64,000 bases of DNA from Bdellovibrionales bacterium (GTDB lineage: Bacteria > Bdellovibrionota > Bdellovibrionia > Bdellovibrionales > JAUICD01), in assembly GCA_965203275.1 (NCBI GenBank), contig OZ241865.1, positions 64,001-128,000 on the forward strand, written 5' to 3'. This document shows positions 55,010-64,000 of the stretch, one piece after another; position 1 is the stretch's first letter, and every line of letters begins with the position of its first letter. The notes beneath the pieces were generated by a model that searched no databases, was not told the origin of the DNA, and was given only the letters and a program-made list of their open reading frames with translations. The position numbers and the translations under genes were made by a program.

Positions 55010-56035
55010 ATGAAAAAACCAAGCAAGAATTTAAGTTTAACAAAAGATCGTAATTTCAAGGCCTTCTTTACAAGGAAGAAAAAGCTTTTGATTTCGATAA
55101 TGGAGAATTTTCTTCCATTGCCAGAGGGTTCTGTAATAGAAGACATTCATATATTAAATACAGAACTTCCATCGGATAAATTCCCGGAGGAGTATAAATT
55201 TTTTGTTTTAGATTTGCGAGTACAATTAAGAAGAAGGATTAATGGCATTCTTCAAAATACAGAGACAGCGAATGTAGAAGTTCAAACAACAGCTCAAAAG
55301 CATTTTACGGATAGGTTACTGATGTATCTATCTCGGCTCTATTCAGGTCAAATTAAGAAAGGGGAGAATGTTGATAAGTTACTTCCCGTGTATTCATTGG
55401 TTTTCACAACTGTAAATTTAAAAGAATTTGAAGGAATAAAGGACTACTATCATGTTTGCAATATTCGTCGGACAGAGCATCCAGAAGTAGTGATGTCTCG
55501 GGGTATGAGTTTTGTGATAGTAGAATTAGATAAATTTCAGTCCCAATTAGGAGAATTATTTGACATAAAAGAGAATTGGTGTTATTTTTTAAAGAGGTCA
55601 GGTCAGATGGACCAAAAGGAATATTTATATTTCAAAGATAAAGGAGGAATCATGGCAGAAGCAGCTGAGCATTTATGGATATTATCAAAAGATGAGACAT
55701 TACAAGAGCTTGATATGGTGAAAGAGAGAGCTAGGAGGGATCAAGTAGACAGAGAAGAATTTGTTCGTGACGAGGGTCGTGAGGAAGGTCTTGAGAAGGG
55801 TTTTAAGAAGGGTCTTGAGAAGGGTATTGAGAAGGGTATTGAGAAGGGTATTGAGAAGGGTCGTGAAGAAGGTATTGATAAGGGTATTAAGAAGGGTCTT
55901 GAGAAAAAACAAAAAGAAATTGCACTTAAACTAATTGAGAGAAATGCAAAATTACAAGATATCTGTGAAATCACTGGCCTATCAGAAGCAGAAATCAAAA
56001 AAATTCGCCAATCGTTTTCACTCAAAGTGAAGTGA
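55010..56035 (+). CDS. Rpn-family (PD-(D/E)XK) protein, paralog of 41337..42374
   Basis: DRNFKAFF, LDLRV, NVEVQ, DRLLMY; EKGI repeats; ICEITGLS; the last codons come from the repeat end. Confidence 0.88.
   Translation: MKKPSKNLSLTKDRNFKAFFTRKKKLLISIMENFLPLPEGSVIEDIHILNTELPSDKFPEEYKFFVLDLRVQLRRRINGILQNTETANVEVQTTAQKHFTDRLLMYLSRLYSGQIKKGENVDKLLPVYSLVFTTVNLKEFEGIKDYYHVCNIRRTEHPEVVMSRGMSFVIVELDKFQSQLGELFDIKENWCYFLKRSGQMDQKEYLYFKDKGGIMAEAAEHLWILSKDETLQELDMVKERARRDQVDREEFVRDEGREEGLEKGFKKGLEKGIEKGIEKGIEKGREEGIDKGIKKGLEKKQKEIALKLIERNAKLQDICEITGLSEAEIKKIRQSFSLKVK
55652..56035 (+). CDS. putative internally translated RpnS-like protein, 127 aa
   Basis: AAGGAGG at 55641-55647 before the in-frame ATG at 55652. 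Confidence 0.55.
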   Translation: MAEAAEHLWILSKDETLQELDMVKERARRDQVDREEFVRDEGREEGLEKGFKKGLEKGIEKGIEKGIEKGREEGIDKGIKKGLEKKQKEIALKLIERNAKLQDICEITGLSEAEIKKIRQSFSLKVK

Positions 56036-56062
56036 CCAGAGGTCAGTTCACTTTGAGTGAAA
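56016..56062. repeat. collapsed mini family A element
   Basis: TTTCACTCAAAGTGAA-gTGACC-AGA-GGTCA-GTTCACTTTGAGTGAAA: two inverted ends around the small hairpin. Confidence 0.85.
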
Positions 56063-56143
56063 CAACATAGATTTTCTAAAATTCTGCCACAAAAACAAAA
56101 ACCTAGTGGCACAAAATCTCTTTCGACTCATAACCTACTGATT

Positions 56144-56581
56144 TTACTCAACTTTATTTTTGCAGGCTATCAAACTCAGGATTTGATCTAAAGCCCCGGT
56201 AGCAAAGTCAAAACCCATTCGTCTAGTATTAACTTTATTTACGTCGGTAGCTAAAGGGCCGTTATATACACCAGAGGCAGGCCTTGTCGTTACGTTGACG
56301 TTGATTCCTACGGCCCCTCTATCTGCTATATTCCAGCCGGCCGTATAATAGGAAAGTCCCGCTTGGTCATATCCCATTTGTTCAAGATTTGCTGTTGCAT
56401 AATCCCATTCTGTTATAAACGTCATTTGGGCCGCATAAATACTAGTTAGTGTTGTCTTTGCATTTGTTTGAATAGCCCTTCGTTTAAATTGACCATACTG
56501 TGGTACAGCAATCACAGCTAAAATACCAATAATAGCCACAGTGACCATTATCTCAATTAAAGAAAACCCTGATTGTTTCAT
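56144..56581 (-). CDS. type IV pilin (prepilin N-terminal cleavage/methylation domain)
   Basis: SG|FSLIEIMVTVAIIGILAVIAVPQY. Confidence 0.9.
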   Translation of the reverse strand: MKQSGFSLIEIMVTVAIIGILAVIAVPQYGQFKRRAIQTNAKTTLTSIYAAQMTFITEWDYATANLEQMGYDQAGLSYYTAGWNIADRGAVGINVNVTTRPASGVYNGPLATDVNKVNTRRMGFDFATGALDQILSLIACKNKVE

Positions 56582-56621
56582 ATTCTGTTTCCTTATCTTG
56601 CACCGGTCGCTTGCAATACCT

Positions 56622-57701
56622 TTACCATCCCCGGTTCACACAGTTAGGTTTATGGCCACAGAGTTGCGGATTTGCCCCGGCCGCTCGCAATACCTTTACT
56701 ACTTCTCTATGGTTGCTTACATAAGCCTTTTCTAAAGCTGTCCTGCCCCAATGTCGAGGACTAGGATGTTGATAATTGACGTTAGCCCCGGCCGCTAGCA
56801 ATAACTTTACAATCTCTACATTGCCCTTACGCAAATCAGTAACATAAAGTAAAGGTGTCATGTAATTAAAGTTTATAATATTAGCGTTGGCTCCGACTGT
56901 TAGCAATAATCTTACAGTCTCTGTATGGCCCCTCCTACTAGCATGCATTAAAGCCGTATTGTCCCTAATGTTTTGATGATTGACGTCAGCCCCGGCTGCT
57001 AGCAATATCTTTACAGATTCATGCATGTCTAAAAAAATCTTTACATAATCATGTCTAAGTCTAAAGACCGCACTGGCATGTAGTAAAAGCGTATTGTGGT
57101 CTTTGTCCATCAGCATATTAACGTCCATACAAGTACTTTTTAAAAATAGCTTTAAAATTTCTGTATTTTTGACAAGGGCCACTATGCTCGAATAATCATC
57201 CCTGTTCATAACCTTGTTAATAGTCGAAAAACTACGAGGGTCTGCTCCGGCCGCTAGCAAATTCTTTACACCCTCTATATCACCATTAATAACAGCCGTC
57301 TTTAATCTCGTAGCACCATAATTAGGCCTGCAAGTGTATGTTGTTGGTCTTAAAACTTGCTGTTGAGCTGGAGTTGGTCCTGGAATCAGAATCAGAGTTG
57401 CATTTGGTTCTGGAATCCGAGCTGGTCGTGGAGTCGGAGTTGGTACTGGAGTCGGAGTTGCTGTTGGTCCTGGAGTCGGAGTTGGAGATGGTCCTGGAGT
57501 TGCTGTTGGTCCTGGAGTCGGAGTTGGAGATGGTCCTGGAACCGGAATCGAAGCTGGCTTTTGTTCTATTTGAGATCTGGACGTCTTACTGTCAAAACGG
57601 CCTTTTGAACAGTTGTTAAAACTGAATACCAAACAAGACACAATAAGCAATGCTAACGATAAATAAGCAAGCTTTTTTTTAGATTTTAGATTTTTAAACA
57701 T
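56622..57701 (-). CDS. ankyrin-repeat lipoprotein with Pro/Thr linker
   Basis: Lipobox FSFNN-C; PGPSPTPTPGPTAT repeats; LLAAGADVN/TALM ankyrin repeats. Confidence 0.85.
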   Translation of the reverse strand: MFKNLKSKKKLAYLSLALLIVSCLVFSFNNCSKGRFDSKTSRSQIEQKPASIPVPGPSPTPTPGPTATPGPSPTPTPGPTATPTPVPTPTPRPARIPEPNATLILIPGPTPAQQQVLRPTTYTCRPNYGATRLKTAVINGDIEGVKNLLAAGADPRSFSTINKVMNRDDYSSIVALVKNTEILKLFLKSTCMDVNMLMDKDHNTLLLHASAVFRLRHDYVKIFLDMHESVKILLAAGADVNHQNIRDNTALMHASRRGHTETVRLLLTVGANANIINFNYMTPLLYVTDLRKGNVEIVKLLLAAGANVNYQHPSPRHWGRTALEKAYVSNHREVVKVLRAAGANPQLCGHKPNCVNRGW

Positions 57702-57763
57702 ATTGTACCTACCTTGATAAATATTGAAAAAAGGGCCATTTTTTAGTGATTCTAAATGACCTT

Positions 57764-58177
57764 AGTGATTTCAAGGACTTAGCACTGTAACTTTTGTATA
57801 AAAGTTACAATTTGAAAGAGCAAAAAACAGGCAAATTTTTGCAAGAAAATTGTTTTGAAAAATCAAACAAATCAAAAGTTATAAAACACAAATGAAAAAT
57901 CATTGTTTATTTTACTGATCTTATGTCTTTAAGATTGGTAAAGTGTTTCAAGATGATACAAAAATTAAAAAAAGTGATTCTTTTTGATACAAAATGTCAC
58001 TTTTTTTGATTTTTTTAACAAAAATATAAAGTTTTATATCATAATAACCGATAAGAATTATGTTAGACGAAAAATTTAGATATTTCTAAAGTTGACCTGC
58101 AAAAAGTCTAACAATTACAAACACTTAATACTGTAACTTTTATACAAAAGTCACAATACTAACTTATTGAAATCACT
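57764..58177. promoter_or_regulatory. segment bounded by 46-bp inverted repeats with a palindromic core (candidate invertible promoter)
   Basis: 57764-57809 versus 58132-58177: 40/46 identical as inverted repeats; core TGTAACTTTT-N4-AAAAGTYACA. Confidence 0.55.
58027..58054 (+). promoter_or_regulatory. sigma28 (FliA)-type promoter inside the inverted-repeat segment
   Basis: TAAAGTTT-N12-ACCGATAA versus consensus TAAAGTTT-N11-GCCGATAA. Confidence 0.55.
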
Positions 58178-58235
58178 GGATTTCTAATTTTCAAATACTT
58201 TTTTCACTATCTTTTAGAAAAAATACAGAGATTAC

Positions 58236-58797
58236 GAACATCTTGTTTCCCTAACATGGTTTTCATCTGGGATCCGGGATCTGGCAATCAGGCAAACCGG
58301 CATCAGAAGGAAAAGGTGTAAGAAAGAGCTTTTTCCCTAACATCGTGTTAAATGAGAAATGGATCCTCATTACTAAAAGTGGTCAGGCTTTCTAGGTGAT
58401 GACCATTTTATCGACGGCGTGAGCCGTCGTGGTCATCGCCAGAAAGTAGCCAGAGGCTAGACCACTTTTAGTGAAACAAACCCTTAACATTGTGTTAAGA
58501 AATGAGGACATCCTCCTTCCTAAAATTGAACAAGCTTTTGAGACAGTTAGCCTTTGATCGACGGCGAGAGCCGTCGGGCTAACTGTCCAAAAGTAGCCAG
58601 AGGCTAGACCACTTTTAGTGAAACAAACCCTTAACATCGTGTTAAGAAATGAGGACATCCTCCTTCCTAAAATTGAACAAGCTTTTGAGACAGTTAGCCT
58701 TTGATCGACGGCGAGAGCCGTCGGGCTAACTGTCCAAAAGTAGCCAGAGGCTAGTTCAATTTTAGGGAAACAGAGGTCAGTTCACTTTGAGTGAAAA
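58236..58797 (+). repeat. family A head-to-tail array (three units, ~147-bp period) plus heptamer module
   Basis: Junctions GAAAC-AAAC-CCTTAACA at ~58473 and ~58620. Confidence 0.9.
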
Positions 58798-58859
58798 TGA
58801 CGGCTTGACTTTTGAGATATATGCGGTTATAAAATCAAAAATTCAAATGGAAGGTACAA

Positions 58860-60659
58860 ATGAAGAAATATATTTTTATCCTATTTATTATTTTGTTTAC
58901 CGCTAGTGATTCTCTATGGGCTTGTGCTGAAAGTCTTATGCCACAAAACCAAATGGATGACAAAATACATATACAAAGAGATATACTCAGAGAATTTGGT
59001 CCTCGCTCTCAAGATATATTATCTAAAGCTTCATTAATAGCTTATGCTTCTGGGTCTCAAACAGTGAATGTGAACCACATTATTTTAGCTACTATGACGC
59101 GTGTTGAATCTTTAAATGGAAGAACCAATCGTTTAAATGAGATATATCTCATAGACTACACCCATCATTTTTATAATTTTGCTCTTATTTTAAAAGAATT
59201 AAATATTTTAAAAAGAGTGCAAGAGCTTCTTTTAAGTCAATTAGATGTTCAGACTCGTAACTCCATATCAACTGAAAAGCACAATAATGATTTACTTGTT
59301 CTTCATTTCGGAGATCTCTTTTTTATACCTACACTTCCTTATGATGAGAGTGCCAAAGCCTTATTGGAAAGAACTATTGTTGAGAAAAAAGATGGGATTT
59401 TATATAGGTGGAATCTAGGTAATAAAATTTTTTTCGTTCCTACATTTGACGAGAATTTATTCCTAGTAGCTTCGAAGATGAATACAGTTATTAGAGAAGT
59501 TTTAAATGAGAATGAAGTATTCAAACTTAGTAAAGTTTTATTGAAGGATATTGAGGAAGGCCAGATTGAGATTGTAAAAGAGATGCTAAAGCAGGGTATA
59601 CCTCCTGATATTCAAGATGAAAATGGCAAAGCACCTCTAATGCAAGCAGTTTCTTCTGGTCAGATTGAGATTGCAAAGTTTTTACTAGCGAACGGAGCGG
59701 ATGTCAATCTTCAAGCCAAAGATGGCACTACAGCCTTAATGCAGGCTGTTTCTCAGCACCATACAGAGCTTGTAAAATTATTGCTAGGAGCTGGAGCGGA
59801 CGTCAATCTTCAAGACAATCGTGGCAGAACGGCCTTAATGTTGGCTAATGCTGAAAATACAAAGCTATTGCTAGAAGCTGGGGCCAAAGTCAATCTTCAA
59901 GCCAAAGATGGCACTACAGCCTTAATGATGGCTGCTTTCGATGCTAAGCTTTTAATGCTGTTGCTAAAAAACGGAGCAGATCCAGATATTCAAGACGATC
60001 TTGGTAGAACGGTCTTAATGATTATTAGTCGGCGAGAAGGGCATGAGGGTAATTTAATGCTGTTGCTAACAAAAGAAGGAGCAGATGTCAATATTCAAGA
60101 CAAAGAGGGTATTACGGCTTTACATTTTGCCACTTTGAACAATTTTACTACCTATGTAAATATATTGCTAGCGATCGATGCAGATCCAAATCTTCAAGCC
60201 AAAGATGGCACTACGGCTTTACATTTGGCTTGTAGGTATAGTCGTCCTAAAATTGTAAAGCAATTACTAGATAACGGTGCAGATCCAGACATTCAAGATG
60301 TGGGTGGCAATACGCCCTTAATCTGGGCTAGCCTTTACGGACATCTTAATAGTGTAAAAGCCTTGCTGGAAGCTGGTGCCAACATTCATATCCAAAATCA
60401 TGGTCTCCACCTCACAGCTTTAAGTATTGCTAGGGAAAATGGACATACTAAGATTGTAAATCTCTTAAGGAAGACGGAAATTATACAAAGGATGATTGAT
60501 GAAGGGTATACCGAGAGTGCAAATCTCTTAAAGGATGCCAATTTTACAAGGGATATCGGCGGTGAGATTCCTGAGTTTACAGCACCTGAGATTATAAAGC
60601 TCTTAAGGGATGCCGGTTTTACAGAACAAGCCCAACACGAACATTGGCAAAATCATTAA
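58860..60659 (+). CDS. secreted ankyrin-repeat protein with a Clp-N-like N-terminal region
   Basis: Signal peptide; ~9 ankyrin repeats (GADVNLQAKDGTTALM). Confidence 0.85.
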   Translation: MKKYIFILFIILFTASDSLWACAESLMPQNQMDDKIHIQRDILREFGPRSQDILSKASLIAYASGSQTVNVNHIILATMTRVESLNGRTNRLNEIYLIDYTHHFYNFALILKELNILKRVQELLLSQLDVQTRNSISTEKHNNDLLVLHFGDLFFIPTLPYDESAKALLERTIVEKKDGILYRWNLGNKIFFVPTFDENLFLVASKMNTVIREVLNENEVFKLSKVLLKDIEEGQIEIVKEMLKQGIPPDIQDENGKAPLMQAVSSGQIEIAKFLLANGADVNLQAKDGTTALMQAVSQHHTELVKLLLGAGADVNLQDNRGRTALMLANAENTKLLLEAGAKVNLQAKDGTTALMMAAFDAKLLMLLLKNGADPDIQDDLGRTVLMIISRREGHEGNLMLLLTKEGADVNIQDKEGITALHFATLNNFTTYVNILLAIDADPNLQAKDGTTALHLACRYSRPKIVKQLLDNGADPDIQDVGGNTPLIWASLYGHLNSVKALLEAGANIHIQNHGLHLTALSIARENGHTKIVNLLRKTEIIQRMIDEGYTESANLLKDANFTRDIGGEIPEFTAPEIIKLLRDAGFTEQAQHEHWQNH

Positions 60660-61744
60660 CATGATGTTGATCCAGGATCTGGGATCCGGGATCTGGCAAG
60701 CGGGCAACAGATGTAAGAAGGAACCTCCCTAACCCCACCCACCGCCCTTCGATTCTGCTTTCCCATTTTGTTTTTATTTGAGGATGGGGCAGTGTGAGCC
60801 TTCCGAAGTCCTCAATTTTTTTCACTCAAAATGAACTGGCCTCTGGCCACTTTTGGGTAGCCAGCCCGACGGCTCTCGCCGTCGTAAAAGGCTGGCTACC
60901 TCAAAAGCTTGTTCATTTTGAGTAGAGGAGGATCCTTTTATTCCTCTACACCATGTTAGGGAAACAAGATATGCCTCTAAAATGTTTTTGGAGAGCAAGC
61001 TCAATTTGCGGAAGATCTCCAGTCTCCCACTGCCCCATCCTCCTCCCTAATTACTTCTTTTTTGAAAATTACGCAGAATCTAAAAAAAATAAAAAAACAA
61101 AAATACGAATATCTTGTTTCCTTAACATGGTGTTAAAAAATGAGGGGATCCTCCTTCCTAAAATTGAACAAGCTTTTGAGGGCATCAGGCAGAAAAGGCA
61201 TTTTGTTTCCTTAACATGGTGTTAAGAGACAAGAAGATCCTCCCTACTAAAAGTGGTCAGGCTTTCTAGGTGATGACCATTTTATCGATGTGAAGTAAAC
61301 ATCTTGTTTCCTTAACATGGTGTTAAGAGACAAAGAGATCCTTCCTACTAAAAGTAAACGGACTTTTGAGATAGCCAGCCTTTGATCGACGGCGGTAGCC
61401 GTCGGGCTGGCTATCCAAAAGTGACCAGAGGTCAGTTTACTTTTAGTGAAACAAATTCTTGATTTGGTGGATGTACGAAGTTAAAAATAAAAGATTCAAA
61501 GAAGGGAAATTGATAGAAGGAACTTTTTCCTTAACATCCTGTCAAAAAACGAAGGGATCCTCCCCTACTAAAAGTAAACGAACTTTTGAGACAATGACCA
61601 TTTTGTCAAAGGCGAAAGCCTTTGCGGTCATTGTCCAAAAGTGACCAGAGGTCAGTTTACTTTTAGTGAGCCAATGCACGTATCTCTGAAAGAGGTGCGT
61701 ACGGGTAGACGAAAACACATGAAGTTAGACAATAAAAGGTCCAA
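60655..61744. repeat. mixed cluster: heptamers, family A units, family B fragments
   Basis: Units ~60820-60964 (minus), ~61307-61452 and ~61526-61670; family B 3' end ~61676-61744. Confidence 0.9.
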
Positions 61745-62626
61745 ATGATGAAAAAAACAAATGATCAACAAACATCAAATGATCAACAAACATCAAAAGA
61801 TCAGGAATTTCTGATTCCGTCTCCGACTCCCCTGTCTAATAGAAACTTACTTTATAAGCCCTTTGTAACTTTTCTCTATAAAGAGATTAAACGTTTTTGG
61901 CGTGTAAAGGGGCAGACAGTGATAAACCCTTTAGTTCAAAGTTCTCTTTATCTTTTAATTTTTGGTGTGAGTTTAGGTAAAAGCATCACTTTACAAAACG
62001 GCCTAAGTTATATGGAATTTTTAATTCCTGGTCTGGTGATGATGGCAGCTTTAAATAATGCCTTTCTCAATTGTTCTGGTTCAATTGTGACTTCTAAGTT
62101 TCATGGAGATATTCAGGACCTTAAAATTATCCCCTTATCTGATTATTTTATTTTGTTAGCTTTTGCTTTAGGTGGGCTTATTCGAGGTATGGTTGTAGGG
62201 CTATTTACTCTGTTGGCTTGTCAAATATGCTTCTTTTTTATCAATGGTCATTTGCTCTCTATTGCATATCCTTTTTTATTTTTTGCTTTCTTATGTATAG
62301 GTGGTTTATCTTTTGGTTTCCTGGGGGCTTTTACAGCTTTTTGGGCAAAAACCTTTGATCATGTCAATGCCATTAGTGGCTTTGTGGTTTTGCCTCTACT
62401 CTATTTAGGGGGTGTTTTTTACTCTATAGAAACATTACCTGAAACTTTGCAAATCATCTCAAAGATGAACCCTATGCTTTACTTTATTAGTGGTGTACGT
62501 TATGGATTTTCACAACAGAGCGATATAGAATGGATCTATTGTTTAGGGGTTGCTGTGGTGTCTATGTTTGTGTGCATGTATTTGAGTGTCAATCGTTTCC
62601 GTAGCTCCACTTTCCATCGTTGGTGA
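61745..62626 (+). CDS. ABC-2 type transporter permease (YadH-like)
   Basis: KEIKRFWR, LYLLIFG, YMEFLIPGLVMM, YLGGVFYS, NPMLYFISGVRYGF. Confidence 0.9.
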   Translation: MMKKTNDQQTSNDQQTSKDQEFLIPSPTPLSNRNLLYKPFVTFLYKEIKRFWRVKGQTVINPLVQSSLYLLIFGVSLGKSITLQNGLSYMEFLIPGLVMMAALNNAFLNCSGSIVTSKFHGDIQDLKIIPLSDYFILLAFALGGLIRGMVVGLFTLLACQICFFFINGHLLSIAYPFLFFAFLCIGGLSFGFLGAFTAFWAKTFDHVNAISGFVVLPLLYLGGVFYSIETLPETLQIISKMNPMLYFISGVRYGFSQQSDIEWIYCLGVAVVSMFVCMYLSVNRFRSSTFHRW

Positions 62627-62865
62627 TCCATCTCTTAAATTCACTCTAGTCAAAAAATAAGAAAATCTCTTTTGAGGAAAAGAAAATATTTTCCATTTAT
62701 TGTCTTTATCTTAAGTCCTCAAATCTTCAAATCCTTAAATCTTCATCTAAAATAAAATATTGTGCTGCGTCATAAAATATTTATGATATAATAAAAACAA
62801 AGCTCAAATAAGCTATAATAATGATAATACTTTCTTCTCAAATTTATCATATCAATAGGTGATCT

Positions 62866-64000
62866 ATGTTAAAAGGCATTTTATTATATATATTTTTTCT
62901 GTGGATCAGCATTTCACATCAAAGTGCTTATGCTAAGCCACAAATTCACTTTGATGTAGAAAGATTAACTTTGAAGAATGGTTTGACAGTTCTCATGCAT
63001 ACAGATCATTCTGTTCCTTTGATCAGTTATCATACATGGTTTCGTGTGGGGTCTGTAGATGAGGAACCAGGCTTTACAGGCATAGCTCATCTCTTTGAAC
63101 ACATGATGTTTAAAGGAGCTAAAAGATATGGCAATAAAGAGTTTGATCAAGTACTCCGTTCTCAAGGAGCTATCAATAATGCTTTTACAAGCAAAGATTT
63201 TACAGGCTATTACATAAACCTACCTAGCTCTGGTTTAGAGTTAGCGATGGATGTAGAATCCGATCGCATGCAATCTGTACAAATCACATCAGCTAATCTT
63301 TTAAGTGAAAAAGAAGTCACAAAAGAAGAGCGACGTTTCCGTGTTGAAAATAGTGTAGCAGGCACTTTATATGAACAGCTTTTTTTAACAGCCTTCCAAC
63401 GTCATCCTTATCGCACTCCTGTTGTAGGTTTCATGGATGATCTCAATAATGTCACTGTTGAAAAATGCAAAGAGTTTTTTAGACAATTTTATGCTCCCAA
63501 CAATGCTGTGATTATCATTGTGGGAGATTTTCAAAAAGATAAAGCTAAAAAATTAATTCAAAAATATTATGGCTCCATTCCTCGTCAGACCATTCATCGT
63601 AGAGCTTACCTAAAAGAACAACCTCAAAAAGCAAAACGTTCTAAAGTTATCTTTAAAGATGTACAGAATGATTCACTTTCAATAGGCTTCCATATTTCAA
63701 AGGCAGGAGATCCTGATTCTTATGCTCTTGATCTACTAGCTGATGCTTTAGCTGGTAAAAAATCAAGTCGATTATACAGAAAATTAATCTATCAATCACA
63801 GCTTGCAAGCAGTGTTGCTGTATATTCCTATACTCCTAAAGACCCTGGTATTTTGCAGATTTCTGTTGCATTAAAACCTAAAGTCAATAGTCAACATGTG
63901 TTACGTATTATTACTGAGGAGTTGAAAAAAATACAAAAAACACCTCTGACTTCAGATGAGTTAGAACAAGCTAAAACCTCTGTTTTATTAGCACATGTAA
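62866..64000 (+). CDS. M16 family zinc peptidase, 3'-partial (not in the ORF track)
   Basis: ATG 62866; signal peptide; LKNGLTV, VGSVDE, GIAHLFEHMMFKG (HxxEH), NAFT, FYAPNNA; frame stays open to the window end. Confidence 0.92.
   Translation, partial: MLKGILLYIFFLWISISHQSAYAKPQIHFDVERLTLKNGLTVLMHTDHSVPLISYHTWFRVGSVDEEPGFTGIAHLFEHMMFKGAKRYGNKEFDQVLRSQGAINNAFTSKDFTGYYINLPSSGLELAMDVESDRMQSVQITSANLLSEKEVTKEERRFRVENSVAGTLYEQLFLTAFQRHPYRTPVVGFMDDLNNVTVEKCKEFFRQFYAPNNAVIIIVGDFQKDKAKKLIQKYYGSIPRQTIHRRAYLKEQPQKAKRSKVIFKDVQNDSLSIGFHISKAGDPDSYALDLLADALAGKKSSRLYRKLIYQSQLASSVAVYSYTPKDPGILQISVALKPKVNSQHVLRIITEELKKIQKTPLTSDELEQAKTSVLLAHV

Noticed and set aside
58332..58771. Integron attC array
   Set aside because: The left CCTTAAC resembles RYYYAAC, but the right end is GTGAAAC rather than GTTRRRY, the fold is branched, there are no cassette ORFs between units and there is no integrase.

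Overview
AT-rich bacterial chromosomal segment, probably from a Bdellovibrionota/Oligoflexia-like organism. This is inferred from FQNC/FNNC-type lipoboxes, a Bdellovibrio-style pilin and FliA-like promoters; many ankyrin and RCC1 proteins hint at a host-associated lifestyle. Housekeeping genes are pyrG, selU-selD, smc, sufCD, coaE, guaA, tsaB, rluD, asnB, gmk, dksA, xth, fadE, a methylmalonyl-CoA mutase subunit, purKE, an ABC permease and an M16 peptidase. Interspersed among them are secreted repeat proteins, three Rpn/YhgA-family PD-(D/E)XK genes with internal starts, and a HipA-type kinase module. The most striking feature is non-coding. About 14 clusters (roughly 9 kb by my estimate) are built from a ~145-bp unit, here called family A, with about 25-30 near-complete copies. 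Its stems differ in sequence from copy to copy but almost always stay base-paired. The units are shuffled, nested, inverted and tandemised, carry site-specific inserts (one with a ~20-nt variable loop), interrupt one gene, and overlap stop codons of others. A related tandem element (family B) supplies the RBS/start of two genes, and GGGATCC heptamer modules sit in the same clusters. A candidate invertible sigma28 promoter lies upstream of an ankyrin-lipoprotein/pilin pair. All calls were made by eye; no database searches or folding programs were run.
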